A DNA stretch of 64,000 nt from Eledone cirrhosa (Eukaryota): assembly GCA_964016885.1 (NCBI GenBank), contig OZ024744.1, forward strand, positions 6,820,001 through 6,884,000, given 5' to 3'. A program made the translations under genes and the position numbers. The notes under the pieces were generated by a model. It was given only the letters and a program-made list of their open reading frames with translations. It was not told where the DNA came from and made no database searches. Of the stretch, positions 40,501-54,500 are shown piece after piece (position 1 is the stretch's first letter; each line of letters opens with the position of its first letter).

Positions 40501-43500
40501 CGTGGTGCAGTAACGGTTATGTCTACTGCAGTATTGCAGTGATGTAGGCGTGGTGCAGTAACGGTTATGTCTACTGCAGTATTGCACTGATTAGGTGTGG
40601 TGCAGTAACGGTTATTGCTACTGCAGTATTGCACTGATGTAGGTGTGGTGCATTAACGCTTATGTCTACTGCAGTATTGCACTGAGGTAGGTGTGGTGCA
40701 GTAACCGTTATGTCTACTGTAGTATTGCACTGAGGTAGGTGTGGTGCAGTAACGGTTATGTCTACCGCAGTATTGCACTATTGTAGGTGTGGTGCAGTAA
40801 CGTTTATGTCTACTGCAGTATTGCACTGATGTAGGTGTGGTGCAGTAACAGTTATGTCTACTGCAGTATTGCACTGAGGTAGGTGTGGTGCAGTAATGGT
40901 TATGTCTACTGCAGTATTGAACTGAGGTAGGTGTGGTGCAGTAACGGTTATTTCTACTGCAGTATTGCACTCTTGTAGGTGTAGTGCAGTAACGGTTATG
41001 TCTACTGCAGTATTGCACTGATGTAGGTGTGGTGCAGTAACGGTTATGTCTACTGCAATATTGCACTGATGTAGGTGTGGTGCAGTAACGGTTATGTCTA
41101 CTGCAGTATTGCACTGATGTAGGTGTGGTGCAGTAACGGTTATGTCTTCTGAAGTATTGCACTGATGTAGGTGTGGTGCTGTAACGGTTATGTCAACTGC
41201 AGTATTGCACTGAGGTAGGTGTGGTGCTGTAACGGGTATGTCTACTGCAGTATTGCACTGAGGTAATTGTGGTGCAGTACTGGTTATGTCTACTGTAGTA
41301 TTGCACTGATGTAGGTGTGGTGCAGTAACGGTTATGTCTACTGCAGTATTGCACTGAGGTAGGTTTGGTGCAGTAACGGTTATGTCTAATGCAGTATTGT
41401 ACTGATGTAGGTGTGGTGCAGTAACGATTATGTCTACTGCAGTATTGCACTGAGGTAGGCGTGGTGCAGTACCGGTTATGTCTACTGCAGTATTGCACTG
41501 ATGTAGGTGTGGTGCAGTAACGGTTATTTCTACTGCAGTATTGCACTAAGTTATGTGTGGTGCAGTATCGGTTATGTCTACAGCAGTATTGTACTGAGGT
41601 AGGTGAGGTGCAGTATTGGTTATGTCTACAGCAGTATTGCACTGAGGTAGGTGTGGTGCAGTAACGGTTATGTATACTCCAGTATTGCACTGATGTAGGT
41701 GTGGTGCAGTAACGGGTATGTCTACTGCAGTATTGCACTGATGTAGGTGTGGTGCAGTAACAGTTATTTCTACTGCAGTATTGCACTGATGTATGTGTGG
41801 TGCAGTAACGGTTATGTCTACTGCAGTATTGCACTGATATACGTGTGGTGCAGTAACGGTTATGTCTACTGCAGTATTGCACTGAGGAAGGTGTGGTGCA
41901 TTAACGGTTATGTCTACTGCAGTATTGCACTGAGGTAGGTGTCGTGCAGTAACGGTTATGTCTACTGCAGTATTGCACTGAGATAGGTGTGGTGCAGTAA
42001 CGGTTATGTCTACTGCAGTATTGCACTGATGTAGGTGTGGTGCAGTAACGGTTATGTCTCCTGCACTATTGCACTGAGGTAGGTGTGGTGCAGTAACGGT
42101 TATGTCTAATGCAGTATTGCACTGAGGTAGGTGTGGTGCAGTAACGGATATGTCTACTGCAGTATTGCACTGACGTACGTGTGGTGCAGTAACGGTTATG
42201 TCTACTGCAATATTGCACTGATATAGGTGTAGTGCAGTAACGGTTATTTCTACTGCAGTATTGCACTGAGGTAGGTGTGGTGCAGTAACGGTTATGCCTA
42301 CTACAATATTGCACTGATGTAGGTGTGGTGCAGTAACGGGTATGTCTCTGCAGTATTACACTGATGTATGTGTGGTGCAGTAACGGTTATGTCTACTGCA
42401 GTATTGAACTGATGAAGGTGTGGTCTAGTAAGGGTTATGTCTACTGCAGTATTGCACTGATGTAGGTGTGGTGCAGTAACGGTCATGTCTACAGCAGTAT
42501 TGCACTGATGTAGGTGTGGTGCAGTAACGGTTATTTCTACTGCAGTAATGCACTGAGGTAAGTGTGGTGCAGTAACGGCTATGTCTACTGCAGTATTGCA
42601 CTGAGCTAGCTGTGGTGCAGTAACGGTTATGTCTACTGCAGTATTGCACTGATGAAGGTGTGGTGCAGTAAAGGTTATTTCTACTGCTGTATTGCACTGG
42701 GATAGGTGTGGTGCAGTAACATTTATGTCTACTGCAGTATTGCACTGAGGTAGGTGTGGTGCAGTAACGGTTATGTCTACTGCAGTATTGCACTGATGTA
42801 GGCGTGGTGCAGTAACGATTATGTCTACTGCAGTATTGCACTGAGGCAGGTGCGGTGCAGTAACGGTTATGTCTACTGCAGTATTGCACTGAGGTAGGTG
42901 TGGTGCAGTAACGGATATGTCTACTGCAGTATTGCACTGAGGTAGGTGTGGTGCAGTACCGGTTATGTCTACTGCAGTATTGCACTGATGTAGGTGTGGT
43001 GCAGTAACGGTTATTTCTACTGCAGTATTGCACTGATGTAGGTGTGGTGCAGTAACGGTTATGTCTACTTGAAGTATTGCACTGGTGTAGGCGTGGTGCA
43101 GTAACAGTTATGTCTACTGCAGTATTGCACTGAGGTAGGCGTGGTGCAGTACCGGTTATGTCTACTGCAGTATTGCACTGATGTAGGTGTGGTGCAGTAA
43201 CGGTTATTTCTACTGCAGTATTGCACTAAGTTATGTGTGGTGCAGTATCGGTTATGTCTACAGCAGTATTGTACTGAGGTAGGTGAGGTGCAGTATTGGT
43301 TATGTCTACAGCAGTATTGCACTGAGGTAGGTGTGGTGCAGTAACGGTTATGTATACTCCAGTATTGCACTGATGTAGGTGTGGTGCAGTAACGGGTATG
43401 TCTACTGCAGTATTGCACTGATGTAGGTGTGGTGCAGTAACAGTTATTTCTACTGCAGTATTGCACTGATGTATGTGTGGTGCAGTAACGGTTATGTCTA

Positions 43501-46500
43501 CTGCAGTATTGCACTGATATACGTGTGGTGCAGTAACGGTTATGTCTACTGCAGTATTGCACTGAGGAAGGTGTGGTGCATTAACGGTTATGTCTACTGC
43601 AGTATTGCACTGAGGTAGGTGTCGTGCAGTAACGGTTATGTCTACTGCAGTATTGCACTGAGATAGGTGTGGTGCAGTAACGGTTATGTCTACTGCAGTA
43701 TTGCACTGATGTAGGTGTGGTGCAGTAACGGTTATGTCTCCTGCACTATTGCACTGAGGTAGGTGTGGTGCAGTAACGGTTATGTCTAATGCAGTATTGC
43801 ACTGAGGTAGGTGTGGTGCAGTAACGGATATGTCTACTGCAGTATTGCACTGACGTACGTGTGGTGCAGTAACGGTTATGTCTACTGCAATATTGCACTG
43901 ATATAGGTGTAGTGCAGTAACGGTTATTTCTACTGCAGTATTGCACTGAGGTAGGTGTGGTGCAGTAACGGTTATGCCTACTACAATATTGCACTGATGT
44001 AGGTGTGGTGCAGTAACGGGTATGTCTCTGCAGTATTACACTGATGTAAGTGTGGTGCAGTAACGGTTATGTCTACTGCAGTATTGAACTGATGAAGGTG
44101 TGGTCTAGTAAGGGTTATGTCTACTGCAGTATTGCACTGATGTAGGTGTGGTGCAGTAACGGTCATGTCTACAGCAGTATTGCACTGATGTAGGTGTGGT
44201 GCAGTAACGGTTATTTCTACTGCAGTAATGCACTGAGGTAAGTGTGGTGCAGTAACGGCTATGTCTACTGCAGTATTGCACTGAGCTAGCTGTGGTGCAG
44301 TAACGGTTATGTCTACTGCAGTATTGCACTGATGAAGGTGTGGTGCAGTAAAGGTTATTTCTACTGCTGTATTGCACTGGGATAGGTGTGGTGCAGTAAC
44401 ATTTATGTCTACTGCAGTATTGCACTGAGGTAGGTGTGGTGCAGTAACGGTTATGTCTACTGCAGTATTGCACTGATGTAGGCGTGGTGCAGTAACGATT
44501 ATGTCTACTGCAGTATTGCACTGAGGCAGGTGCGGTGCAGTAACGGTTATGTCTACTGCAGTATTGCACTGAGGTAGGTGTGGTGCAGTAACGGATATGT
44601 CTACTGCAGTATTGCACTGAGGTAGGTGTGGTGCAGTACCGGTTATGTCTACTGCAGTATTGCACTGATGTAGGTGTGGTGCAGTAACGGTTATTTCTAC
44701 TGCAGTATTGCACTGATGTAGGTGTGGTGCAGTAACGGTTATGTCTACTTGAAGTATTGCACTGGTGTAGGCGTGGTGCAGTAACAGTTATGTCTACTGC
44801 AGTATTGCACTGATGTAGGTGTGGTGGAATAACGGTTATGTCTACTGCAGTATTGCACTGAGTTAGGTGTGGTGCAGTAGCGGTATGTCTACTGCAGTAT
44901 TGCACTGATGTAGGTGTGGTGCATTAACGCTTATGTCTACTGCAGTATTGCATTGATGTAGGCGTGGTCCAGTAGCGGTTATGTCTACTGCAGTATTGCA
45001 CTGATATAGGCGTGGTGCAGTACCGGTTATGTCTCCTGCAGTATTGCACTGATGTAGGTGTGGTGCAGTAACGGTTATTTCTACTGCAGTATTGCACTGA
45101 TGTAGGCGTGGTGCAGTAACGGTTATGTCTACTGCAGTATTGCACTGATTAGGTGTGGTGCAGTAACGGTTATTGCTACTGCAGTATTGCACTGAGGTAG
45201 GTGTGGTGCAGTAACGGATATGTCTACTGCTGTATTGCACTGACGTACGTGTGGTGCAGTAACGGTTATGTCTACTGCAATATTGCACTGATATAGGTGT
45301 AGTGCAGTAACGGTTATTTCTACTACAGTATTGCACTGAGGTAGGTGTGGTGCAGTAACGGTTATGCCTACTACAATATTGCACTGATGTAGGTGTGGTG
45401 CAGTAACGGGTATGTCTCTGCAGTATTACACTGATGTAAGTGTGGTGCAGTAACGGTTATGTCTACTGCAGTATTGAACTGATGAAGGTGTGGTCTAGTA
45501 AGGGTTATGTCTACTGCAGTATTGCACTGATGTAGGTGTGGTGCAGTAACGGTTATTTCTACTGCAGTATTGCACTAAGTTATGTGTGGTGCAGTATCGG
45601 TTATGTCTACAGCAGTATTGTACTGAGGTAGGTGAGGTGCAGTATTGGTTATGTCTACAGCAGTATTGCACTGAGGTAGGTGTGGTGCAGTAACGGTTAT
45701 GTATACTCCAGTATTGCACTGATGTAGGTGTGGTGCAGTAACGGGTATGTCTACTGCAGTATTGCACTGATGTAGGTGTGGTGCAGTAACAGTTATTTCT
45801 ACTGCAGTATTGCACTGATGTATGTGTGGTGCAGTAACGGTTATGTCTACTGCAGTATTGCACTGATATACGTGTGGTGCAGTAACGGTTATGTCTACTG
45901 CAGTATTGCACTGAGGAAGGTGTGGTGCATTAACGGTTATGTCTACTGCAGTATTGCACTGAGGTAGGTGTCGTGCAGTAACGGTTATGTCTACTGCAGT
46001 ATTGCACTGAGATAGGTGTGGTGCAGTAACGGTTATGTCTACTGCAGTATTGCACTGATGTAGGTGTGGTGCAGTAACGGTTATGTCTCCTGCACTATTG
46101 CACTGAGGTAGGTGTGGTGCAGTAACGGTTATGTCTAATGCAGTATTGCACTGAGGTAGGTGTGGTGCAGTAACGGATATGTCTACTGCAGTATTGCACT
46201 GACGTACGTGTGGTGCAGTAACGGTTATGTCTACTGCAATATTGCACTGATATAGGTGTAGTGCAGTAACGGTTATTTCTACTGCAGTATTGCACTGAGG
46301 TAGGTGTGGTGCAGTAACGGTTATGCCTACTACAATATTGCACTGATGTAGGTGTGGTGCAGTAACGGGTATGTCTCTGCAGTATTACACTGATGTAAGT
46401 GTGGTGCAGTAACGGTTATGTCTACTGCAGTATTGAACTGATGAAGGTGTGGTCTAGTAAGGGTTATGTCTACTGCAGTATTGCACTGATGTAGGTGTGG

Positions 46501-49500
46501 TGCAGTAACGGTCATGTCTACAGCAGTATTGCACTGATGTAGGTGTGGTGCAGTAACGGTTATTTCTACTGCAGTAATGCACTGAGGTAAGTGTGGTGCA
46601 GTAACGGCTATGTCTACTGCAGTATTGCACTGAGCTAGCTGTGGTGCAGTAACGGTTATGTCTACTGCAGTATTGCACTGATGAAGGTGTGGTGCAGTAA
46701 AGGTTATTTCTACTGCTGTATTGCACTGGGATAGGTGTGGTGCAGTAACATTTATGTCTACTGCAGTATTGCACTGAGGTAGGTGTGGTGCAGTAACGGT
46801 TATGTCTACTGCAGTATTGCACTGATGTAGGCGTGGTGCAGTAACGATTATGTCTACTGCAGTATTGCACTGAGGCAGGTGCGGTGCAGTAACGGTTATG
46901 TCTACTGCAGTATTGCACTGAGGTAGGTGTGGTGCAGTAACGGATATGTCTACTGCAGTATTGCACTGAGGTAGGTGTGGTGCAGTACCGGTTATGTCTA
47001 CTGCAGTATTGCACTGATGTAGGTGTGGTGCAGTAACGGTTATTTCTACTGCAGTATTGCACTGATGTAGGTGTGGTGCAGTAACGGTTATGTCTACTTG
47101 AAGTATTGCACTGGTGTAGGCGTGGTGCAGTAACAGTTATGTCTACTGCAGTATTGCACTGATGTAGGTGTGGTGGAATAACGGTTATGTCTACTGCAGT
47201 ATTGCACTGAGTTAGGTGTGGTGCAGTAGCGGTATGTCTACTGCAGTATTGCACTGATGTAGGTGTGGTGCATTAACGCTTATGTCTACTGCAGTATTGC
47301 ATTGATGTAGGCGTGGTCCAGTAGCGGTTATGTCTACTGCAGTATTGCACTGATATAGGCGTGGTGCAGTACCGGTTATGTCTCCTGCAGTATTGCACTG
47401 ATGTAGGTGTGGTGCAGTAACGGTTATTTCTACTGCAGTATTGCACTGATGTAGGCGTGGTGCAGTAACGGTTATGTCTACTGCAGTATTGCACTGATTA
47501 GGTGTGGTGCAGTAACGGTTATTGCTACTGCAGTATTGCACTGAGGTAGGTGTGGTGCAGTAACGGATATGTCTACTGCTGTATTGCACTGACGTACGTG
47601 TGGTGCAGTAACGGTTATGTCTACTGCAATATTGCACTGATATAGGTGTAGTGCAGTAACGGTTATTTCTACTACAGTATTGCACTGAGGTAGGTGTGGT
47701 GCAGTAACGGTTATGCCTACTACAATATTGCACTGATGTAGGTGTGGTGCAGTAACGGGTATGTCTCTGCAGTATTACACTGATGTAAGTGTGGTGCAGT
47801 AACGGTTATGTCTACTGCAGTATTGAACTGATGAAGGTGTGGTCTAGTAAGGGTTATGTCTACTGCAGTATTGCACTGATGTAGGTGTGGTGCAGTAACG
47901 GTCATGTCTGCAGCAGTATTGCACTGATGTAGGTGTGGTGCAGTAACGGTTATTTCTACTGCAGTATTGCACTGAGGTAAGTGTGGTGCAGTAACGGTTA
48001 TGTCTACCGCAGTATTGCACTGAGCTAGGTGTGGTGCAGTAACGGTTATGTCTACTGCAGTATTGCACTGATGAAGGTGTGGTGCAGTAAAGGTTATTTC
48101 TACTGCTGTATTGCACTGAGATAGGTGTGGTGCAGTAACATTTATGTCTACTGCAGTATGGCACTGAGGTAGGTGTGGTGCAGTAACGGTTATGTCTACT
48201 GCAGTATTGCACTGAGGTAGGTGTGGTGCAGTACCGGTTATGTCTACTGCAGTATTGCACTGATGTAGGTGTGGTGCAGTAACGGTTATTTCTACTGCAG
48301 TATTGCACTGATTTAGGTGTGGTGCAGTAACGGTTATGTATACTTGAAGTATTGCACTGATGTAGGTGTGGTGCAGTAACAGTTATGTCTACTGCAGTAT
48401 TGCACTGATGTAGGTGTGGTGGAATAACGGTTATGTCTACTGCAGTATTGCATTGATGTAGGCGTGGTGCAGTAACGGTTATGTCTACTGCAGTATTGCA
48501 CTGATATAGGCGTGGTGCAGTAACGGTTATGTCTACTGCAGTATTGCAGTGATGTAGGCGTGGTGCAGTAACGGTTATGTCTACTGCAGTATTGCACTGA
48601 TTAGGTGTGGTGCAGTAACGGTTATTGCTACTGCAGTATTGCACTGATGTAGGTGTGGTGCATTAACGCTTATGTCTACTGCAGTATTGTACTGAGGTAG
48701 GTGTGGTGCAGTAACCGTTATGTCTACTGTAGTATTGCACTGAGGTAGGTGTGGTGCAGTAACGGTTATGTCTACCGCAGTATTGCACTATTGTAGGTGT
48801 GGTGCAGTAACGTTTATGTCTACTGCAGTATTGCACTGATGTAGGTGTGGTGCAGTAACAGTTATGTCTACTGCAGTATTGCACTGAGGTAGGTGTGGTG
48901 CAGTAACGGTTATGTCTACTGCAGTATTGAACTGAGGTAGGTGTGGTGCAGTAACGGTTATTTCTACTGCAGTATTGCACTCTTGTAGGTGTAGTGCAGT
49001 AACGGTTATGTCTACTGCAGTATTGCACTGATGTAGGTGTGGTGCAGTAACGGTTATGTCTACTGCAATATTGCACTGATGTAGGTGTGGTGCAGTAACG
49101 GTTATGTCTACTGCAGTATTGCACTGATGTAGGTGTGGTGCAGTAACGGTTATGTCTTCTGAAGTATTGCACTGATGTAGGTGTGGTGCTGTAACGGTTA
49201 TGTCAACTGCAGTATTGCACTGAGGTAGGTGTGGTGCTGTAACGGGTATGTCTACTGCAGTATTGCACTGAGGTAATTGTGGTGCAGTACTGGTTATGTC
49301 TACTGTAGTATTGCACTGATGTAGGTGTGGTGCAGTAACGGTTATGTCTACTGCAGTATTGCACTGAGGTAGGTTTGGTGCAGTAACGGTTATGTCTAAT
49401 GCAGTATTGTACTGATGTAGGTGTGGTGCAGTAACGATTATGTCTACTGCAGTATTGCACTGAGGTAGGCGTGGTGCAGTACCGGTTATGTCTACTGCAG

Positions 49501-51560
49501 TATTGCACTGATGTAGGTGTGGTGCAGTAACGGTTATTTCTACTGCAGTATTGCACTAAGTTATGTGTGGTGCAGTATCGGTTATGTCTACAGCAGTATT
49601 GTACTGAGGTAGGTGAGGTGCAGTATTGGTTATGTCTACAGCAGTATTGCACTGAGGTAGGTGTGGTGCAGTAACGGTTATGTATACTCCAGTATTGCAC
49701 TGATGTAGGTGTGGTGCAGTAACGGGTATGTCTACTGCAGTATTGCACTGATGTAGGTGTGGTGCAGTAACAGTTATTTCTACTGCAGTATTGCACTGAT
49801 GTATGTGTGGTGCAGTAACGGTTATGTCTACTGCAGTATTGCACTGATATACGTGTGGTGCAGTAACGGTTATGTCTACTGCAGTATTGCACTGAGGAAG
49901 GTGTGGTGCATTAACGGTTATGTCTACTGCAGTATTGCACTGAGGTAGGTGTCGTGCAGTAACGGTTATGTCTACTGCAGTATTGCACTGAGATAGGTGT
50001 GGTGCAGTAACGGTTATGTCTACTGCAGTATTGCACTGATGTAGGTGTGGTGCAGTAACGGTTATGTCTCCTGCACTATTGCACTGAGGTAGGTGTGGTG
50101 CAGTAACGGTTATGTCTAATGCAGTATTGCACTGAGGTAGGTGTGGTGCAGTAAAGGATATGTCTACTGCAGTATTGCACTGACGTACGTGTGGTGCAGT
50201 AACGGTTATGTCTACTGCAATATTGCACTGATATAGGTGTAGTGCAGTAACGGTTATTTCTACTGCAGTATTGCACTGAGGTAGGTGTGGTGCAGTAACG
50301 GTTATGCCTACTACAATATTGCACTGATGTAGGTGTGGTGCAGTAACGGGTATGTCTCTGCAGTATTACACTGATGTAAGTGTGGTGCAGTAACGGTTAT
50401 GTCTACTGCTGTATTGAACTGATGAAGGTGTGGTCTAGTAAGGGTTATGTCTACTGCAGTATTGCACTGATGTAGGTGTGGTGCAGTAACGGTCATGTCT
50501 ACAGCAGTATTGCACTGATGTAGGTGTGGTGCAGTAACGGTTATTTCTACTGCAGTAATGCACTGAGGTAAGTGTGGTGCAGTAACGGCTATGTCTACTG
50601 CAGTATTGCACTGAGCTAGCTGTGGTGCAGTAACGGTTATGTCTACTGCAGTATTGCACTGATGAAGGTGTGGTGCAGTAAATGTTATTTCTACTGCTGT
50701 ATTGCACTGGGATAGGTGTGGTGCAGTAACATTTATGTCTACTGCAGTATTGCACTGAGGTAGGTGTGGTGCAGTAACGGTTATGTCTACTGCAGTATTG
50801 CACTGATGTAGGCGTGGTGCAGTAACGATTATGTCTACTGCAGTATTGCACTGAGGCAGGTGCGGTGCAGTAACGGTTATGTCTACTGCAGTATTGCACT
50901 GAGGTAGGTGTGGTGCAGTAACGGATATGTCTACTGCAGTATTGCACTGAGGTAGGTGTGGTGCAGTACCGGTTATGTCTACTGCAGTATTGCACTGATG
51001 TAGGTGTGGTGCAGTAACGGTTATTTCTACTGCAGTATTGCACTGATGTAGGTGTGGTGCAGTAACGGTTATGTCTACTTGAAGTATTGCACTGGTGTAG
51101 GCGTGGTGCAGTAACAGTTATGTCTACTGCAGTATTGCACTGAGGTAGGCGTGGTGCAGTACCGGTTATGTCTACTGCAGTATTGCACTGATGTAGGTGT
51201 GGTGCAGTAACGGTTATTTCTACTGCAGTATTGCACTAAGTTATGTGTGGTGCAGTATCGGTTATGTCTACAGCAGTATTGTACTGAGGTAGGTGAGGTG
51301 CAGTATTGGTTATGTCTACAGCAGTATTGCACTGAGGTAGGTGTGGTGCAGTAACGGTTATGTATACTCCAGTATTGCACTGATGTAGGTGTGGTGCAGT
51401 AACGGGTATGTCTACTGCAGTATTGCACTGATGTAGGTGTGGTGCAGTAACAGTTATTTCTACTGCAGTATTGCACTGATGTATGTGTGGTGCAGTAACG
51501 GTTATGTCTACTGCAGTATTGCACTGATATACGTGTGGTGCAGTAACGGTTATGTCTACT
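35165..51560. repeat. ~5.6-kb higher-order unit in ~2.5 tandem copies (starts ~35166, 40778, 48788), containing an internal ~1.68-kb (35-monomer) repeat
   Basis: Offsets are 5612 (35581/41193, 36813/42425, 37453/43065), 5660 (38445/44105) and 8009-8010 (39711/47720, 41193/49203, 43065/51075). The 8010 offset equals one unit plus the 2349-bp duplication. The internal offset is 1680 (36135/37815, 42066/43746). Confidence 0.88.
43165..47862. repeat. Very recent 2349-bp (49-monomer) tandem duplication
   Basis: The offset is 2349 for 43427/45776, 43746/46095, 44105/46454 and 44863/47212. The private variants GGTCCAGTAGCGG (~44966/47315) and GTCTCCTGCAGT (~45031/47380) were seen only in these two copies. 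Confidence 0.9.
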
Positions 51561-51569
51561 GCAGTATTG

Positions 51570-54500
51570 CACTGAGGTAGGTGTGGTGCAGTAACGGTTA
51601 TGTCTACCGCAGTATTGCACTATTGTAGGTGTGGTGCAGTAACGTTTATGTCTACTGCAGTATTGCACTGAGGTAGGTGTGGTGCAGTAACGGTTATGTC
51701 TACTGCAGTATTGAACTGAGGTAGGTGTGGTGCAGTAACGGTTATTTCTACTGCAGTATTGCACTATTGTAGGTGTAGTGCAGTAACGGTTATGTCTACT
51801 GCAGTATTGCACTGATGTAGGTGTGGTGCACTAACGGTTATGTCTACTGCAATATTGCACTGATGTAGGTGTGGTGCAGTAACGGTTATGTCTACTGCAG
51901 TATTGCACTGATGTAGGTGTGGTGCAGTAACGGTTATGTCTTCTGAAGTATTGCACTGATGTAGGTGTGTTGCTGTAACGGTTATGTCTACTGCAGTATT
52001 GCACTGAGGTAGGTGTGGTGCTGTAACGGTTATGTCTACTGCAGTATTGCACTGAGGTAGGTGTGGCGCAGTAACGGCTATGTCCACTGCAGTATTGCAC
52101 TGATGTAGGTGTGGTGCAGTAACGGTTATTTCTACTGCATTATTGCACTGATGTAGGTGTGGTGCAGTAACGGTTATTTCTACTGCATTATTGCACTGAT
52201 GTAGGTGTGGTGCAGTAACGGTTAGGTCTACTGCAGTATTGCACTGAGGTAGGTGTGGTGCAGTAACGGTTATGTCTACTGTTGTATTGCACTGAGGTAT
52301 GTGTGGTGCAGTAACGGTTATGTCTACTGCAGTATTGCACTGATTAGGTGTGGTGCAGTAACGGTTATTGCTACTGCAGTATTGCACAGATGTAGGTGTG
52401 GTGCATTAACGCTTATGTCTACTGCAGTATTGCACTGAGGTAGGTGTGGTGCAGTAACCGTTATGTCTACTGCAGTATTGCACTGAGGTAGGTGTGGTGC
52501 AGTAACGGTTATGTCTACCGCAGTATTGCACTATTGTAGGTGTGGTGCAGTAACGTTTATGTCTACTGCAATATTGCACTGATATAGGTGTGGTGCAGTA
52601 ACGGTTATGTCTACTGCAGTATTGCACTGAGAGAGGTGTGGTGCAGTAACCGTTATGTTTACTGCAGTATTGCACTGATGTAGGTGTGGTGCAGTAACAG
52701 TTATGTCTACTGCAGTATTGCACTAAGGTAGGTGTGGTGCAGTAACGGTTATGTCTAATGCAGTATTGAACTGAGGTAGGTGTGGTGCAGTAACGGTTAT
52801 TTCTACTGCAGTATTGCACTATTGTAGGTGTAGTGCAGTAACGGTTATGTCTACTGCAGTATTGCACTGATGTAGGTGTGGTGCAGTAACGGTTATGTCT
52901 ACTGCAATATTGCACTGATGTAGGTGTGGTGCAGTAACGGTTATGTCTACTGCAGTATTGCACTGATGTAGGTGTGGTGCAGTAACGGTTATGTCTTCTG
53001 AAGTATTGCACTGATGTAGGTGTGGTGCTGTAACGGTTATGTCTACTGCAGTATTGCACTGAGTTAGGTGTGGTGCTGTAACGGGTATGTCTACTGCAGT
53101 ATTGCACTGAGGTAATTGTGGTGCAGTACCGGTTATGTCTACTGTAGTATTGCACTGATGTAGGTGTGGTGCAGTAACGGTTATGTCTACTGCAGTATTG
53201 CACTGAGGTAGGTTTGGTGCAGTAACGGTTATGTCTACTGCAGTATTGTACTGATGTAGGTGTGGTGCAGTAACGATTATGTCTACTGCAGTATTGCACT
53301 GAGGTAGGCGTGGTGCAGTACCGGTTATGTCTACTGCAGTATTGCACTGATGTAGGTGTGGTGCAGTAACGGTTATTTCTACTGCAGTATTGCACTAAGT
53401 TATGTGTGGTGCATTATCGGTTATGTCTACAGCAGTATTGCATTGAGGTAGGTGAGGTGCAGTAATGGTTATGTCTACAGCAGTATTGCACTGAGGTAGG
53501 TGTGGTGCAGTAACGGTTATGTATACTCCAGTATTGCACTGAAGTAGGTGTGGTGCAGTAACGGGTATGTCTACTGCAGTATTGCACTGATGTAGGTGTG
53601 GTGCAGTAACAGTTATTTCTACTGCAGTATTGCACTGATGTATGTGTGGTGCAGTAACGGTTATGTCTACTGCAGTATTGCACTGATGTACGTGTGGTGC
53701 AGTAACGGTTATGTCTACTGCAGTATTGCACTGATTAGTTGTGGTGCAGTAACGGTTATGTCTACTGCAGTATTGCACTGAGGTAGGTGTCGTGCAGTAA
53801 CGGTTATGTCTACTGCAGTATTGCACTGAGATAGGTGTGGTGCAGTAACGGTTATGTCTACTGCAGTATTGCACTGATGTAGGTGTGGTGCAGTAACGGT
53901 TATGTCTCCTGCACTATTGCACTGAGGTAGGTGTGGTGCAGTAACGGTTATGTCTAATGCAGTATTGCACTGAGGTAGGTGTGATGCAGTAACGGATATG
54001 TCTACTGCAGTATTGCACTGATGTAGGTGTGGTGCAGTAACGGTTATTTCTACTGCAGTATTGCACTAAGTTATGTGTGGTGCAGTATCGGTTATGTCTA
54101 CAGCAGTATTGTACTGAGGTAGGTGAGGTGCAGTATTGGTTATGTCTACAGCAGTATTGCACTGAGGTAGGTGTGGTGCAGTAACAGTTATGTATACTCC
54201 AGTATTGCACTGATGTAGGTGTGGTGCAGTAACGGGTATGTCTACTGCAGTATTGCACTGATGTAGGTGTGGTGCAGTAACAGTTATTTCTACTGCAGTA
54301 TTGCACTGATGTATGTGTGGTGCAGTAACGGTTATGTCTACTGCAGTATTGCACTGATATACGTGTGGTGCAGTAACGGTTATGTCTACTGCAGTATTGC
54401 ACTGAGGAAGGTGTGGTGCATTAACGGTTATGTCTACTGCAGTATTGCACTGAGGTAGGTGTCGTGCAGTAACGGTTATGTCTACTGCAGTATTGCACTG